Shown: positions 51,130-64,000, counted from the stretch's first letter. The stretch: DNA of 64,000 nucleotides from Candidatus Omnitrophota bacterium (GCA_023818645.1 JAMWCJ010000001.1:9584-73583), one strand, 5' to 3'. Numbers and translations are program-made. The notes: generated by a model from the sequence alone, not told the origin.

Positions 51130-52478
51130 CTTCCAATCTCCCTTTTTACATTTATTGAAGATGTTCCTCCATCTGATATTTTTACATTTACTGAAGATTC
51201 AAAGTTTAAAATTTTGAAAATGTCATTTTCAAAAACTTGTGAAAATTTTTTAAACTCATCCAAAGTTAAAGAAAAAAAGGTTTTATTATTTTCTATACAG
51301 TAATTCACAATATTTCCGACTATAATATATGCTTCTCTAAATGGTTTCCCCTTTTTCACAAGATATTCAGCAATGTCTGTAGAAAGAGTGAAAGACGAAA
51401 TTTTATTTTTTATTATTTCTTTATTAAATTCAATTTTTGGAACAACTTTTGATATAATTTTTAAAATTGACTTTGTTATTTCTATAATTTCAAATAATGG
51501 TTTTTTATCTTCCTGAAGGTCTCTATTATATGAAAGGGGCAAACCTTTAACAAGAGTTAATAGCCCAGTAAAAAGACCAATACAACTTGAAGTTTTACCT
51601 CTAATTAACTCAAAAACATCTGGATTTTTTTTATGAGGCATTAAACTTGAACCAGTACAATATCTATCAGGCAGTTTGACAAAATCAATCTCATCCATAT
51701 TCCATATTATTAAATCCTGACTAAAAGAAGAAAGATGAATAAGTGTAAGAACACAGCAGAATACTACTTCAATTAAAAAATCTCTATCAGAAACAGTGTC
51801 TAAACTATTTTTTGAAATTGCTGGAAAGTTTAAAAGTTTAGCAGTATATTCTCTATCTATCGGTAGAGATGTTCCAGCACAAGCACCTACTCCAAGAGGA
51901 AAAATATTAACTCTTTTATAAGATTCCAAAAATCTCTCTTTATCTCTTTCTAATTTTTCAATATAAGCAAGAAAATAATGCGACAGTAATACAGGTTGAC
52001 TTTGTTTTAAATGAGTATATGAAGAAATTATTATATCAAAACATTCTTCACTCTTTTTAAGAAAACAATTCTGTAAAGATATTATTTGTTTTATTAAATA
52101 AATAATCTCATCTCGTAGAAAAAGTTTTTCATCAAGAACTATTTGATCATTCCTTGACCTTGCTGTATGTAATTTCTCCCCTGTTTTACCTATAAGTTCA
52201 ATCAATCTTCTTTCCACAACTGTGTGAATATCTTCATCGGTTGGTAAAAATTTCAATTTATTTTCATTTATTTCTTTCTTTATCTTTTTAAGACCATCCA
52301 AAATTTCTTCTTTTTCTTTTTTTGTTATTAACCCAACTTTAAAAAGCATTTTCACATGAGCAATACTTCCTTCAATATCATAAATTGCAAGTTTTTTATC
52401 TATATCAATTGACTTTGTAAAATCAATAATGTCCTTCTCTGCCTTTTCTTTAAATCTTCCTTCCCACATATATTTCAT
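51054..52478 (-). CDS. argH: Argininosuccinate lyase
   Basis: TARSRNDQ and GSSLMPHKKNPD signatures of the fumarase/aspartase superfamily, ArgH type. Confidence 0.9.
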   Translation of the reverse strand: MKYMWEGRFKEKAEKDIIDFTKSIDIDKKLAIYDIEGSIAHVKMLFKVGLITKKEKEEILDGLKKIKKEINENKLKFLPTDEDIHTVVERRLIELIGKTGEKLHTARSRNDQIVLDEKLFLRDEIIYLIKQIISLQNCFLKKSEECFDIIISSYTHLKQSQPVLLSHYFLAYIEKLERDKERFLESYKRVNIFPLGVGACAGTSLPIDREYTAKLLNFPAISKNSLDTVSDRDFLIEVVFCCVLTLIHLSSFSQDLIIWNMDEIDFVKLPDRYCTGSSLMPHKKNPDVFELIRGKTSSCIGLFTGLLTLVKGLPLSYNRDLQEDKKPLFEIIEITKSILKIISKVVPKIEFNKEIIKNKISSFTLSTDIAEYLVKKGKPFREAYIIVGNIVNYCIENNKTFFSLTLDEFKKFSQVFENDIFKILNFESSVNVKISDGGTSSINVKREIGRWKKKLEKSLDLIISLEKGVSILRK

Positions 52479-52549
52479 TTTTAACCTCTTGTTTTTTTAT
52501 TTTATCAGAAGTATTATAATAAATCAAAGAATTAAAAAAATTAAAATTT

Positions 52550-54427
52550 ATGGAAAGAGAACTTATAATTGTTGAATCACCAACGAAGGCAAAAACAATC
52601 AGTGGTATACTTGGAAATAAATATTTAGTATTTCCTACTATGGGGCATATAAGAGACCTTCCAGAAAACGAATTTGGAATTAATATTGATGATAATTTTT
52701 CGCCTAAATATGTTATTATCCCTGGTAAAAAGAAAATTGTAGAAAAATTAAAAAACCTTGCTAAAAATTCTACCAATATATATCTTGCAACTGATGAAGA
52801 CCGAGAAGGTGAAGCAATTGCGTGGCATGTTGTCTGTTTAATCGATAAAAAAATTGAAGAAGCAAAGAGAGTGACTTTTCACGAAATTGTCCCAGAGGCA
52901 ATAAAAAAAGCATTTCTAAATCCAAGACAGATATCTATTGAACTTGTTAACGCCCAACAAGCAAGAAGAATTCTTGATAGAATAGTTGGCTATAAGATAA
53001 GTCCTATACTTGGTAAACATCTTGAAATTGGTTTATCCGCAGGGAGAGTTCAATCTGTGGCTTTAAAACTTATTGTAGAAAGAGAAAAAGAAATTGAAAA
53101 TTTTGTTCCCGAGATTTACTTTGTTATAAGATGCGAAGTTGAAAAAAATGGAGAAAAGATAATCTTTAATCTGATCAAAATTGAAGAAATTTCTGTTGGA
53201 AAAGAAAGAATAAAAGACGAGCAAAAAGTTGATGAAATTATAGAAAAACTAAAACAGGGGAAATTGATTATTAGTGAAAAAGAAGAAATGATAAAGAAGT
53301 TAAGTTCGGTCCCACCTTTTATAACAAGCACATTACAACAGGAAGCAATAAATATTTTAAATTTCTCTTCTACAAAAACAATGTTTATTGCTCAGCAACT
53401 TTATGAAGGGATTAAGATTGAAGATAAAAATATTGGACTTATTACATATATGAGAACTGATTCGCCTTCTGTAGCAAAATCAGCACAAAATCAGGCATTA
53501 AAATTCATTAAAGAAAACTTTGGAGAAAACTATTTACCAGAAAAACCAAATATTTATTACTCAAAATCAAAAGTTTCCCAGGAAGCACACGAAGCAATAA
53601 GACCAACTTCTGTATATAGAACACCAGAAAAAATAAAAAAGTATTTAACCCAGGACCAATTTAAACTTTATGAATTAATATGGAGAAGATTCCTTGCAAG
53701 TCAAATGGCCCCAGCAATAATAAAAAATATCAAAGTTTTTGCGTTCAATGATATTTATTTATTTGAAACAGAAAGAGATTTTATCGTTTTTGATGGTTTT
53801 TTAAGATTATGGCCACTTAAAATTGAAAAAGGCAATCCAATTATAGAAAAATTTGAGAAAGGCGAGGAATTAAATGTTATAAAGTATTTAAAGGAAAAGA
53901 AACAAACGCAACCACCTCCAAGATATACTGAAAGTACATTGATTAAAACTCTTGAAAAATATGGAATAGGAAGACCATCTACTTATGCTCCCACAATTTC
54001 AACTTTATATGAAAGAAATTATGTTAAAAGAGAAAAAAAGTTTCTTGTTCCACTGAAAATGGGAAAAATTGTTTATGAAATATTGAACAAATTTTTTCCT
54101 GAAATAATAGAAATAAATTTCACAGCCAAAATGGAAGAAGACCTTGACAAAATAGCAAACGGAGAAAAAAATTGGATAGAGGTGCTCAAAGAATTTTATA
54201 ATAGTTTCAAATTATCTCTTGAAAAAGCAAATGAAATAATAAACAGAGATGTTCTAAACAAAATTATAATTGGAGACAAAAAGTGCCCGCTCTGTAATGG
54301 AGAACTAACTATAATAAAAGGCAAATACGGAATTTTTATTGGTTGTTCTAATTATCCCAATTGTAAATATAAAGAAAGGATAAGAGAAAATGTTAATAAT
54401 TCCAGCAATAGATCTAAAAAAAGGTGA
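52550..54427 (+). CDS. topA: DNA topoisomerase I
   Basis: TOPRIM motifs (IIVESPTKAKTI, ATDEDREGEAIAWH). Catalytic Tyr region. C-terminal Zn ribbon CPLCNG...CSNYPNCKY. Confidence 0.95.
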   Translation: MERELIIVESPTKAKTISGILGNKYLVFPTMGHIRDLPENEFGINIDDNFSPKYVIIPGKKKIVEKLKNLAKNSTNIYLATDEDREGEAIAWHVVCLIDKKIEEAKRVTFHEIVPEAIKKAFLNPRQISIELVNAQQARRILDRIVGYKISPILGKHLEIGLSAGRVQSVALKLIVEREKEIENFVPEIYFVIRCEVEKNGEKIIFNLIKIEEISVGKERIKDEQKVDEIIEKLKQGKLIISEKEEMIKKLSSVPPFITSTLQQEAINILNFSSTKTMFIAQQLYEGIKIEDKNIGLITYMRTDSPSVAKSAQNQALKFIKENFGENYLPEKPNIYYSKSKVSQEAHEAIRPTSVYRTPEKIKKYLTQDQFKLYELIWRRFLASQMAPAIIKNIKVFAFNDIYLFETERDFIVFDGFLRLWPLKIEKGNPIIEKFEKGEELNVIKYLKEKKQTQPPPRYTESTLIKTLEKYGIGRPSTYAPTISTLYERNYVKREKKFLVPLKMGKIVYEILNKFFPEIIEINFTAKMEEDLDKIANGEKNWIEVLKEFYNSFKLSLEKANEIINRDVLNKIIIGDKKCPLCNGELTIIKGKYGIFIGCSNYPNCKYKERIRENVNNSSNRSKKR

Positions 54428-55221
54428 AATAGTTCGACTTTATAAAGGGAGATTTGATAAAATTTCTTATTATGACTATGAGATCGAAAATCTGGTAAGA
54501 GATTATTTGAAAGCAGGTGTTAAAAGAATTCATATTGTTTTTCTATATGGTGCCAAAACAGGTGAAATTGAAAAAGAAGAAATAAATAAGATTAAAAATA
54601 TAATTGAAATTAAAAAAGTTAGCAATAGAGATGACTGCGAAATTCAAATTGGTGGAGGGATAAGAAGAAAACAGCAAATAGAAAAATTTTTAAATTTAGG
54701 AATTAATTATATAATTATAGGAACTGCGTTTTTAATTCCTCTGGCTTTAAGTGAAGGATATAGTATTCAAGATATAAAATTTTTTTATCAAAAAAGCGGC
54801 AAGAACTTAGATATAGAAAAAGAGTTTCCTGAATTTGAACTGATTGATTGGCTTGAACCTGAAATTAAAGAAAAAATTATAATATCTGTTGATTACTTCA
54901 AAGATGAAATCACTTTGAGCGGATGGGAAGTAACTTTACCTTTGAAACCCTCCTATGTAATAAAAAAATTTATAGAAAGGGGATTTAAAAGGTTTCTTAT
55001 AACAAATATTGAAAGAGATGGAACTCTTGAGGGAATTGATTTTAAAAATATCAGTAAGATTATGAAAGAAATTGGTAAGTTTAGAGAAGATATAAAAGAA
55101 ATAATAGTTGCTGGAGGCATTTCAAAAGAAAATGATATACTTTTACTAAATTCCTTACCATATAGTCCAACAGGAGTTATAATAGGAAAAGCCTTATATC
55201 AAAAAAAATTGGATTTAAAAA

Positions 55222-55250
<29 letters not shown>
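54390..55250 (+). CDS. HisA/HisF-family (beta/alpha)8-barrel protein, HisA-like, with an internal insertion
   Basis: N-terminus MLIIPAIDLKKGEIVRLYKG matches HisA IPAIDL..G..VRL. C-terminal phosphate-binding VAGGISKENDI and GVIIGKALY. About 40 aa longer than canonical HisA. No other his genes are nearby. Confidence 0.6.
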
Positions 55251-58145
<2,895 letters not shown>

Positions 58146-58156
<11 letters not shown>

Positions 58157-58682
58157 TTATAAATCTTTTGTATTTTTTTAAATAACTTATTACATCTCCT
58201 TCTTTAATAATATTCATTAAAAAATCAGGAATTTTTGTAGTTTTTATCTCTATATTTTTTGTTATATTTTTTATTATTCCTTCAAGTGGATATACTTCTA
58301 TTTCATCTCCATTTTCTATTTTTTCCGTATCTCCTTCAATTAAAAGTAATCCATTATTAATACCATTCCGATAAAATATCCTTGCAAAACTTTTAGCAAT
58401 CACTCCTGGAATTCCTGCATATTTTATTACAAGTGGTGCCTGTTCTCTACTACTACCACAACCAAAATTGCTTCCTGCAACAATAAAATCTCCTCTTTTA
58501 ACTTTTTTATAAAATTCAGGTTCAATATCTTCCATTAAATGTTTAGCAAGTTCATTCATATCAAGTGTTTTAAATTTATACTTACCCGAAATTATATAGT
58601 CAGTATTAATATTATCTCCAAATTTATGACATCTACCTTTTAAAACCATTTGTTCCCCTTTTAAGCACATAATTTTTACCAT
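58146..58682 (-). CDS. leuD: Aconitase-family swivel small subunit (LeuD / homoaconitase small subunit type)
   Basis: [22 protein letters not shown], typical of type-2 short LeuD. No large-subunit gene is adjacent. Confidence 0.7.
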
Positions 58683-58756
58683 AAATTTTAAAATAATTCA
58701 AATTGAAATTGAAAATAAAAAAAGATAAAATTAATAAAAAGGAAAGGAGGAAAAAA

Positions 58757-59455
58757 ATGAACATTCTTGCGATTGGAGCACATCCTGACGATCTTGAAAT
58801 TTTATGTGGTGGAACCCTTGCAAAATACTCAAAAAATGGACATAAAGTTTTTATGGCTCATTTATGTAATGGAGACAAAGGAGGAAAAAATATTACACCT
58901 ACTGAACTATCAAATATTAGAGATCGAGAAGCAAAAAAAGCAGCAAGTTTAATAGAAGCAGAAGTTTTAGGGCCAATTGCTTCTGACCTTGAACTTTATA
59001 ATACAAAAGAAATGAGAGAAAAAGTTATAGATATTATTAGATATGCAAAACCAGATATTATAATTACACATTCACCGGATGATTATATGCCAGACCATGT
59101 AATAACAGGACAACTTGTTTTTGATGCTTCATTTACTTCAACTTTACCAAATTATAAGACCAAATATCCAGCCCATGAACTTATTGTCCCAATTTTTTAT
59201 ATGGATACAATTGTTGGACTTAAATTTCAACCCACACATTATGTAGATATAACTGATTTTTTTGAAATTAAAAAACAGATGCTTTTATGTCATGAAAGTC
59301 AATATAAATGGATAAAAGGACACCATCTTTCAGACCCCTTAAATATCATTGAAACGATGGCAAAATTTAGAGGTCTGCAATGTGGAGTCCTTTATGCAGA
59401 AGGTTTTAGATCTGAAAATGTCTGGGGAAGAGTAAGACCTGTTGAATTAATCTAA
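58757..59455 (+). CDS. PIG-L/LmbE-family N-acetylglucosaminyl deacetylase
   Basis: ILAIGAHPDDLEILCGGT (the HPDD.E zinc motif). AGGAGG lies 7 nt before the ATG at 58757. The ORF-track start at 58703 is upstream of the RBS. Confidence 0.75.
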   Translation: MNILAIGAHPDDLEILCGGTLAKYSKNGHKVFMAHLCNGDKGGKNITPTELSNIRDREAKKAASLIEAEVLGPIASDLELYNTKEMREKVIDIIRYAKPDIIITHSPDDYMPDHVITGQLVFDASFTSTLPNYKTKYPAHELIVPIFYMDTIVGLKFQPTHYVDITDFFEIKKQMLLCHESQYKWIKGHHLSDPLNIIETMAKFRGLQCGVLYAEGFRSENVWGRVRPVELI

Positions 59456-59464
59456 ATGTGATAA

Positions 59465-60316
59465 ATGAAAAAAATTCTGATAACTGGTGGGAATGGATTA
59501 GTTGGAACTTATTTAAAAAAAATCTTAAATAGAGAAAATTATTCTATATTTGCCTTTGGTAAAGAACATTTAAATATAATTGATAGTGAAAAAACCTATA
59601 AAATTTTTAAGGATTTAAAACCAGAAATAGTTATTCATCTTGCAGCATTAACAGATGTTGATTTTTGTGAAAAAAATCCTGAAACAACATTTTTGATAAA
59701 TTCTAAAGGTACAGAAAATATTTCAAAATTATCGATTGACTTTAAATGTTTTTTAATTTATTTAAGCACTGATTTTATATTTGATGGTATGAAAGGTTCT
59801 CCATATTCAGAAGAAGATAAACCTAATCCAATAAATATCTATGGAAAAAGTAAACTACTTGGAGAAAAATATATTATAAACAATTGTGAAAAATATTTAA
59901 TAATAAGAACTTCCAGAATCTTTGGTAAAGGAGGAAAAAATTTTAGCAGTAGATTAAGAGAAATAATGAAACAAAAAAAAGAAATAGTTTTAACAACAGA
60001 CCTAATAAACTCTCCTACCTATGCATCATCTCTTGCAGAATGTATCTTAAAGTTGATAGAAAAGGAATTTTGTGGTATTATAAATGTTTGTAACGAGGGC
60101 TGGTGTTCTTTCTTTGAATTTGGACTTAAAATGAAAGAAATATTAAATTTAAATTTAAAAATTAAAGGGATAAGTTTTAATGAATTTTTAAGAATTTATA
60201 AAGATATTGCTCCAAGGCCAAAATTTTCACCTTTGTCGATTGACTTACTGAATTCTTTAAATATAAAAGTTGATTCCTGGGAAAGAGGTCTTGAGAAATT
60301 TTTAAAAGAGTACTAA
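59465..60316 (+). CDS. NAD(P)-dependent sugar-nucleotide reductase/epimerase (RmlD / dTDP-4-dehydrorhamnose reductase-like)
   Basis: Rossmann N-terminus KILITGGNGLVG and catalytic YGKSK (Y...K). 283 aa. Confidence 0.65.
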   Translation: MKKILITGGNGLVGTYLKKILNRENYSIFAFGKEHLNIIDSEKTYKIFKDLKPEIVIHLAALTDVDFCEKNPETTFLINSKGTENISKLSIDFKCFLIYLSTDFIFDGMKGSPYSEEDKPNPINIYGKSKLLGEKYIINNCEKYLIIRTSRIFGKGGKNFSSRLREIMKQKKEIVLTTDLINSPTYASSLAECILKLIEKEFCGIINVCNEGWCSFFEFGLKMKEILNLNLKIKGISFNEFLRIYKDIAPRPKFSPLSIDLLNSLNIKVDSWERGLEKFLKEY

Positions 60317-60319
60317 AAA

Positions 60320-61285
60320 ATGAAAAAAATAAAAGTTGGTTTTATTGGATGTGGTGGTTTTGCAAATATGGTTTACTATCCATCTTTAACTGAAATGGAT
60401 GATGTTGAAATTGTTGCGATATGTGATATTAATCAGGAAAAACTTAATAATACAGGCAAAAAATATAATATAGAGAAAAGATATACAGATTATAGAAAAA
60501 TGATAGAAGAAAATGAGTTAGATGCAGTTTATATAATTATGCCACCTCACCACTTATATGACATTGTTATAGATGTTTTAAAAAGGAAATTAAATGTATA
60601 TATAGAAAAGCCTCCAGGAATTACTTTATTTCAGATAAAAAATATGGCGAATTTTGCGATTAAAAACAATTGTAAAACAATGGTTGGTTTTAATAGAAGA
60701 TTTATTCCTTTATTGAGAAAAGTAAAAGAAATTGTTGAAAAGAAAGGCCCTATTATTCAAGCAGTTTCAACTTTTTACAAAAATATGTATCCTAATTTTC
60801 TTTACTATAACGGAGCAATTGATATATTAACATCCGATGCTATTCACTCAGTTGATGTTTTAAGATGGCTATGTGGAGAAGCAAAAAATGTAAAAAGTAT
60901 CATAAAGTCATATTATTCCGATACGCCAAATGCTTTTAATGCAATAATTGAATTTGAAAAAGGAGCCACTGGAATTTTATTGACAAACTGGACTGTTGGG
61001 AAAAGATTTCACACCTTTGAACTACATTCCTTAGGTATTTCTGCTTTTGTTAACTGTGATGATAAAGCACTTATATATGAAGATAATAATGAAAAACCGG
61101 AGATTATATCAACTTTTGATGTTGCTAAAAGTAATCAACTTTATAAGTTTTATGGATATTATGATGAAAATAAATATTTTATTACCTGTATAAAAGAAAA
61201 CAAACAACCAGAATGCAATTTCTATGATTCAATTAAAACAATGGAACTTGTTGAACAAATTTATAAAAACAATATTTCTTCTTAG
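60320..61285 (+). CDS. Gfo/Idh/MocA-family NAD(P)-dependent oxidoreductase
   Basis: KVGFIGCGGFANMVYYPSL N-terminus and the EKP motif (YIEKPPG). Confidence 0.75.
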   Translation: MKKIKVGFIGCGGFANMVYYPSLTEMDDVEIVAICDINQEKLNNTGKKYNIEKRYTDYRKMIEENELDAVYIIMPPHHLYDIVIDVLKRKLNVYIEKPPGITLFQIKNMANFAIKNNCKTMVGFNRRFIPLLRKVKEIVEKKGPIIQAVSTFYKNMYPNFLYYNGAIDILTSDAIHSVDVLRWLCGEAKNVKSIIKSYYSDTPNAFNAIIEFEKGATGILLTNWTVGKRFHTFELHSLGISAFVNCDDKALIYEDNNEKPEIISTFDVAKSNQLYKFYGYYDENKYFITCIKENKQPECNFYDSIKTMELVEQIYKNNISS

Positions 61286-61299
61286 AATGGAGGCGAAAA

Positions 61300-62118
61300 A
61301 TGAAAGAATTTGAAAGAGTTCAAGAAAGTACAGAGTTCATTAAGAGTAAAGTTAAAATTAAACCTGAAATTGGAATAATTTTAGGAACTGGATTGGGTGC
61401 TCTTGCAGATAGAATAGAAGAAAAAATAATTATTCCCTATAAAGAAATACCCCACTTCCCAGTTTCAACTGTAGAAACACACCTTGGAAATTTAGTTTTG
61501 GGAAGAATTGGGAATAAAAATGTAGTTGCAATGCAAGGAAGATTTCATTTGTATGAAGGATATAATCCATATCAAATTGTTTTTCCAATAAGGGTTATGA
61601 AATTGCTTGGAATAAATATATTGATTGAGTCAAATGCTGCTGGTGGTTTAAATCCTCTTTATAAAAAGGGCGACCTTGTTATAATAGTTGACCATATAAA
61701 TCTTACTGGACAAAATCCCCTTGTCGGAGAAAATGACGAAAGGTTTGGACCAAGATTCCCTGATATGTCTTGTCCTTATTCTAACGAACTTATTGAAATA
61801 ACTGAAAGGGTTAGTATTGAAGAAAAAATACCTTTAAAAAAAGGTGTTCTTGTTGGACTTCTTGGGCCTAATCTTGAAACTAAAGCAGAATACAGATTTT
61901 TAAAGATAATAGGTGCAGATATGGTATGTATGTCAACTGTTATAGAGGTTATTGCAGCGGTTCATCTCGGGCTTAAAATACTTGGGATTTCTGTTATTAC
62001 TGATTTATGTTTACCTGATGCATTAAAACCGGTTTCATTTGAAGAAATAGTTGAAGTTGCAAATTCTGCTGAACCTAAATTGACAAAAATAATAGAAAAA
62101 GTTATAATAAATCTATGA
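61300..62118 (+). CDS. Purine nucleoside phosphorylase (PunA/MTAP trimeric PNP-I family)
   Basis: GIILGTGLG and ADMVCMSTVIEV (compare GADMVGMSTVPEV). Confidence 0.8.
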   Translation: MKEFERVQESTEFIKSKVKIKPEIGIILGTGLGALADRIEEKIIIPYKEIPHFPVSTVETHLGNLVLGRIGNKNVVAMQGRFHLYEGYNPYQIVFPIRVMKLLGINILIESNAAGGLNPLYKKGDLVIIVDHINLTGQNPLVGENDERFGPRFPDMSCPYSNELIEITERVSIEEKIPLKKGVLVGLLGPNLETKAEYRFLKIIGADMVCMSTVIEVIAAVHLGLKILGISVITDLCLPDALKPVSFEEIVEVANSAEPKLTKIIEKVIINL

Positions 62119-62270
62119 AAAAAGAAATAAAAACTAAAACAAAAACTAAACCTAAAATAACAATTAGATGTAGAAAATGTTTTATGGTTGATACCTATAT
62201 AATAGAAGAAGGCAAAGAAATAAAATGTAAGCATTGCGGTTCTAAAATTTATACGATAGATGCTATTTAA
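62115..62270 (+). CDS. Unannotated 51-aa zinc-ribbon protein (not in ORF track)
   Basis: MKKEIKTKTKTKPKITIRCRKCFMVDTYIIEEGKEIKCKHCGSKIYTIDAI. CxxC...CxxC. Its ATG overlaps the PNP stop as ATGA. Confidence 0.35.
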   Translation: MKKEIKTKTKTKPKITIRCRKCFMVDTYIIEEGKEIKCKHCGSKIYTIDAI

Positions 62271-62300
62271 ATTTTAAAAAGGTAAGGAGGTGAATTATAA

Positions 62301-62477
62301 TTGGTAAATAATACAAATTTTGAGAAGATATTTAGACAATTTAAAAGGGAGGTAGAAAGAGAAGGGATAATAAAAGAAATAAAAGCAAGAGAATTTTATG
62401 AAAAACCAAGTGAAATAAGAAAAAGAAAAAAGGTAAGAAAATATAGACCTCATTTAAACTTCCCTAAAACTAAATAA
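62301..62477 (+). CDS. rpsU: 30S ribosomal protein S21 with TTG start (not in ORF track)
   Basis: AAGGAGG (62284-62290), 10 nt, TTG. The translation (M)VNNTNFEKIFRQFKREVEREGIIKEIKAREFYEKPSEIRKRKKVRKYRPHL matches S21 (F.RFKR..E..G...E...RE.YEKP...RKR). An in-frame TAA immediately precedes the TTG. Confidence 0.8.
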   Translation: MVNNTNFEKIFRQFKREVEREGIIKEIKAREFYEKPSEIRKRKKVRKYRPHLNFPKTK

Positions 62478-62478
62478 A

Positions 62479-63441
62479 ATGGCTTCTTTGATATATACAA
62501 TCTCTTTGAATTCAAGTATAGATTTTTCTTTTTATTTAGATAATATTGTAGATGAAGATATCAATAGAATAAAAAAAATAAGAGTTGACCCGGGTGGAAA
62601 AGGTATAAATGTTTCAAGGATGTTAAAAAAACTTGGAGAAAATTCAATTGCAATAACTTTTCTTGGAAAAGATAATGGAAAATTTTATGAAAAATTACTT
62701 AAAAAAGAAAAGATTAAAATTATACCTATTCTAATTAAAGGTAATTTAAGAAATATTTATAATTTCATATCAAAAAATAGAGTTTTAAGATTCAATGAAA
62801 AAGGGCCTTTAATAAGCAAAAAAGAATTGGATAAATTTTGGGATATATTATTAGATTTAGATTTCAAGAAAGGTGACTTTATAGTTATGTCAGGTAGTAT
62901 TCCCCCTGGCATCAAAGATAATATTTATGCTGAAATTATTAAGAAAACAAGAAAATTTAAAGTTTTTCCTGTAGTTGATGCTGATGGAAATATCTTGAGA
63001 GAAAGTATTAAGGAAAAACCTTTTATAATAAAACCTAATTTAAATGAACTTGAAAGATGTTTTGAAACAAAGATTGAAAAATTTGATACATTAAAAAATA
63101 TATGCATTTCTCTGATAAATTCAGGTATTCAAATCATTCTTATAACACTTGGAAAAGATGGTGCAATATTATTTACAAAACAAAATCTACTTTATTCAAA
63201 ACCACCAGAGATAGATTTCAAAAGTAGCATTGGATGTGGAGATGCTTTCTTATCCGGTTTTTTATATAAATTAAAATATAAGAAAAACTATGAAGAATGT
63301 TTAAAATTTGCAGTTGCCTGTGGAACAAGTAAGGCTGAAAAAGAAGGAACAAAAATGCCTTCAAATTACCGAATAAAACAAATTATAAAATATGTAAAAA
63401 TTTATGAAAACCCTACTCGCATACCTCTCTTAAAATCCTGA
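62479..63441 (+). CDS. PfkB-family sugar kinase (1-phosphofructokinase / tagatose-6-phosphate kinase type)
   Basis: N-terminal DPGGKGINV and C-terminal GCGDAF motifs. 320 aa. Confidence 0.8.
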   Translation: MASLIYTISLNSSIDFSFYLDNIVDEDINRIKKIRVDPGGKGINVSRMLKKLGENSIAITFLGKDNGKFYEKLLKKEKIKIIPILIKGNLRNIYNFISKNRVLRFNEKGPLISKKELDKFWDILLDLDFKKGDFIVMSGSIPPGIKDNIYAEIIKKTRKFKVFPVVDADGNILRESIKEKPFIIKPNLNELERCFETKIEKFDTLKNICISLINSGIQIILITLGKDGAILFTKQNLLYSKPPEIDFKSSIGCGDAFLSGFLYKLKYKKNYEECLKFAVACGTSKAEKEGTKMPSNYRIKQIIKYVKIYENPTRIPLLKS

Positions 63442-63989
63442 TTTTGTCTTATCCCAAAGATTAAAAAGATAAATCCACCTATTAAACTATTTAAAACTAC
63501 AGTTATAAGGACTAAAACAGAAAGTGCATAGGCATTTTGTTTACCAATAAAATCAGAAAATAAAAATATATATGTATATTCCCTAATCCCAAGTCCACCA
63601 AGAGAAGGAATTAAGGTAGATGTCCAGATTAAAGGAATAAATATAAAGAAAATTAAAATATTTAGATTATCTTTAATAATTGAAAGACCTATAATATACT
63701 GAGAGAAAATGGAGAGAATCTGTAAAAAAAAACTCAATAGAATTGCAATTTTAAGGTTTTGTTTATTTTCTGTAAAATAAAAATTAATTGCATTATATAA
63801 ACTCAAAAGTTTTTTATCTAAAAATTGAGGAATAATTTTTTTTATCCTTGAATATAAAAATGAAGCAAATTTTCTTTTTGAAAAAAAGTAGAAAGAAAAA
63901 ATAAGTAAAGAGAAAAAGATTAAAATTAAATAACAAGCAATTTTTCCATCACCTCTATAAAACAAAATAGAAATCGTTCCCATTGTCAT
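63402..63989 (-). CDS. C-terminal part of a polytopic membrane protein of the UPF0104 / lysylphosphatidylglycerol-synthase-TM (flippase-like) family; 5' end probably beyond the window
   Basis: C-terminal PSLGGLGIREYTY motif (compare PGGLGVRE) and multiple TM helices. The Met at 63989 is probably internal. Confidence 0.45.
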   Translation of the reverse strand: MTMGTISILFYRGDGKIACYLILIFFSLLIFSFYFFSKRKFASFLYSRIKKIIPQFLDKKLLSLYNAINFYFTENKQNLKIAILLSFFLQILSIFSQYIIGLSIIKDNLNILIFFIFIPLIWTSTLIPSLGGLGIREYTYIFLFSDFIGKQNAYALSVLVLITVVLNSLIGGFIFLIFGIRQNQDFKRGMRVGFS

Positions 63990-64000
63990 TACAGATAAAG

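Noticed and set aside
50365-51303. Plus-strand ORFs of 65-114 aa inside lysA and argH
   Set aside because: They are antisense to strongly supported enzymes and are hydrophobic, low-complexity reverse-frame artefacts typical of AT-rich DNA.

Overview
This is a very AT-rich, densely packed bacterial chromosomal segment read with the standard genetic code (TGA and TAA are both used as stops; ATGA start/stop overlaps are common). About 70 protein-coding genes are recognisable, almost all housekeeping. Translation: hisS (5' truncated at the window edge), aspS, infC-rpmI-rplT, rpsA, an unannotated rpsU, dtd, def. DNA repair: recO, rmuC-mutS-mutL, ogg, ligA, topA, and a xerC/xerD-type recombinase. 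Amino-acid, cofactor and lipid metabolism: ilvD, thiC, dapF, lysA, argH, purA, leuD/IDH-like, ispH, plsC and dgkA. Acetate metabolism: pta and ackA. Three tRNAs and a free-standing 5S rRNA are present. I found no CRISPR array, prophage, IS element or 16S/23S rRNA. I also could not identify a single clear-cut new system such as a defence island. The most unusual items are: (i) a Maf pyrophosphatase fused in one reading frame to a RlmD/RumA-type m5U rRNA methyltransferase, translationally coupled to an SPL-family radical-SAM gene and divergent from rmuC-mutS-mutL; (ii) an undecaprenol/diacylglycerol kinase fused to a PAP2 phosphatase domain in the conserved phoH-ybeY-dgkA context; (iii) a pta-[hexapeptide-repeat transferase]-acpP-ackA operon next to acpS and nagB; (iv) a solitary 5S rRNA gene with its own near-consensus promoter between ogg and the xer recombinase; (v) a topA-hisA-like-PLD nuclease trio with overlapping reading frames. 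All functional calls come from motif recognition in the supplied translations and from reading the DNA directly. No searches were run.
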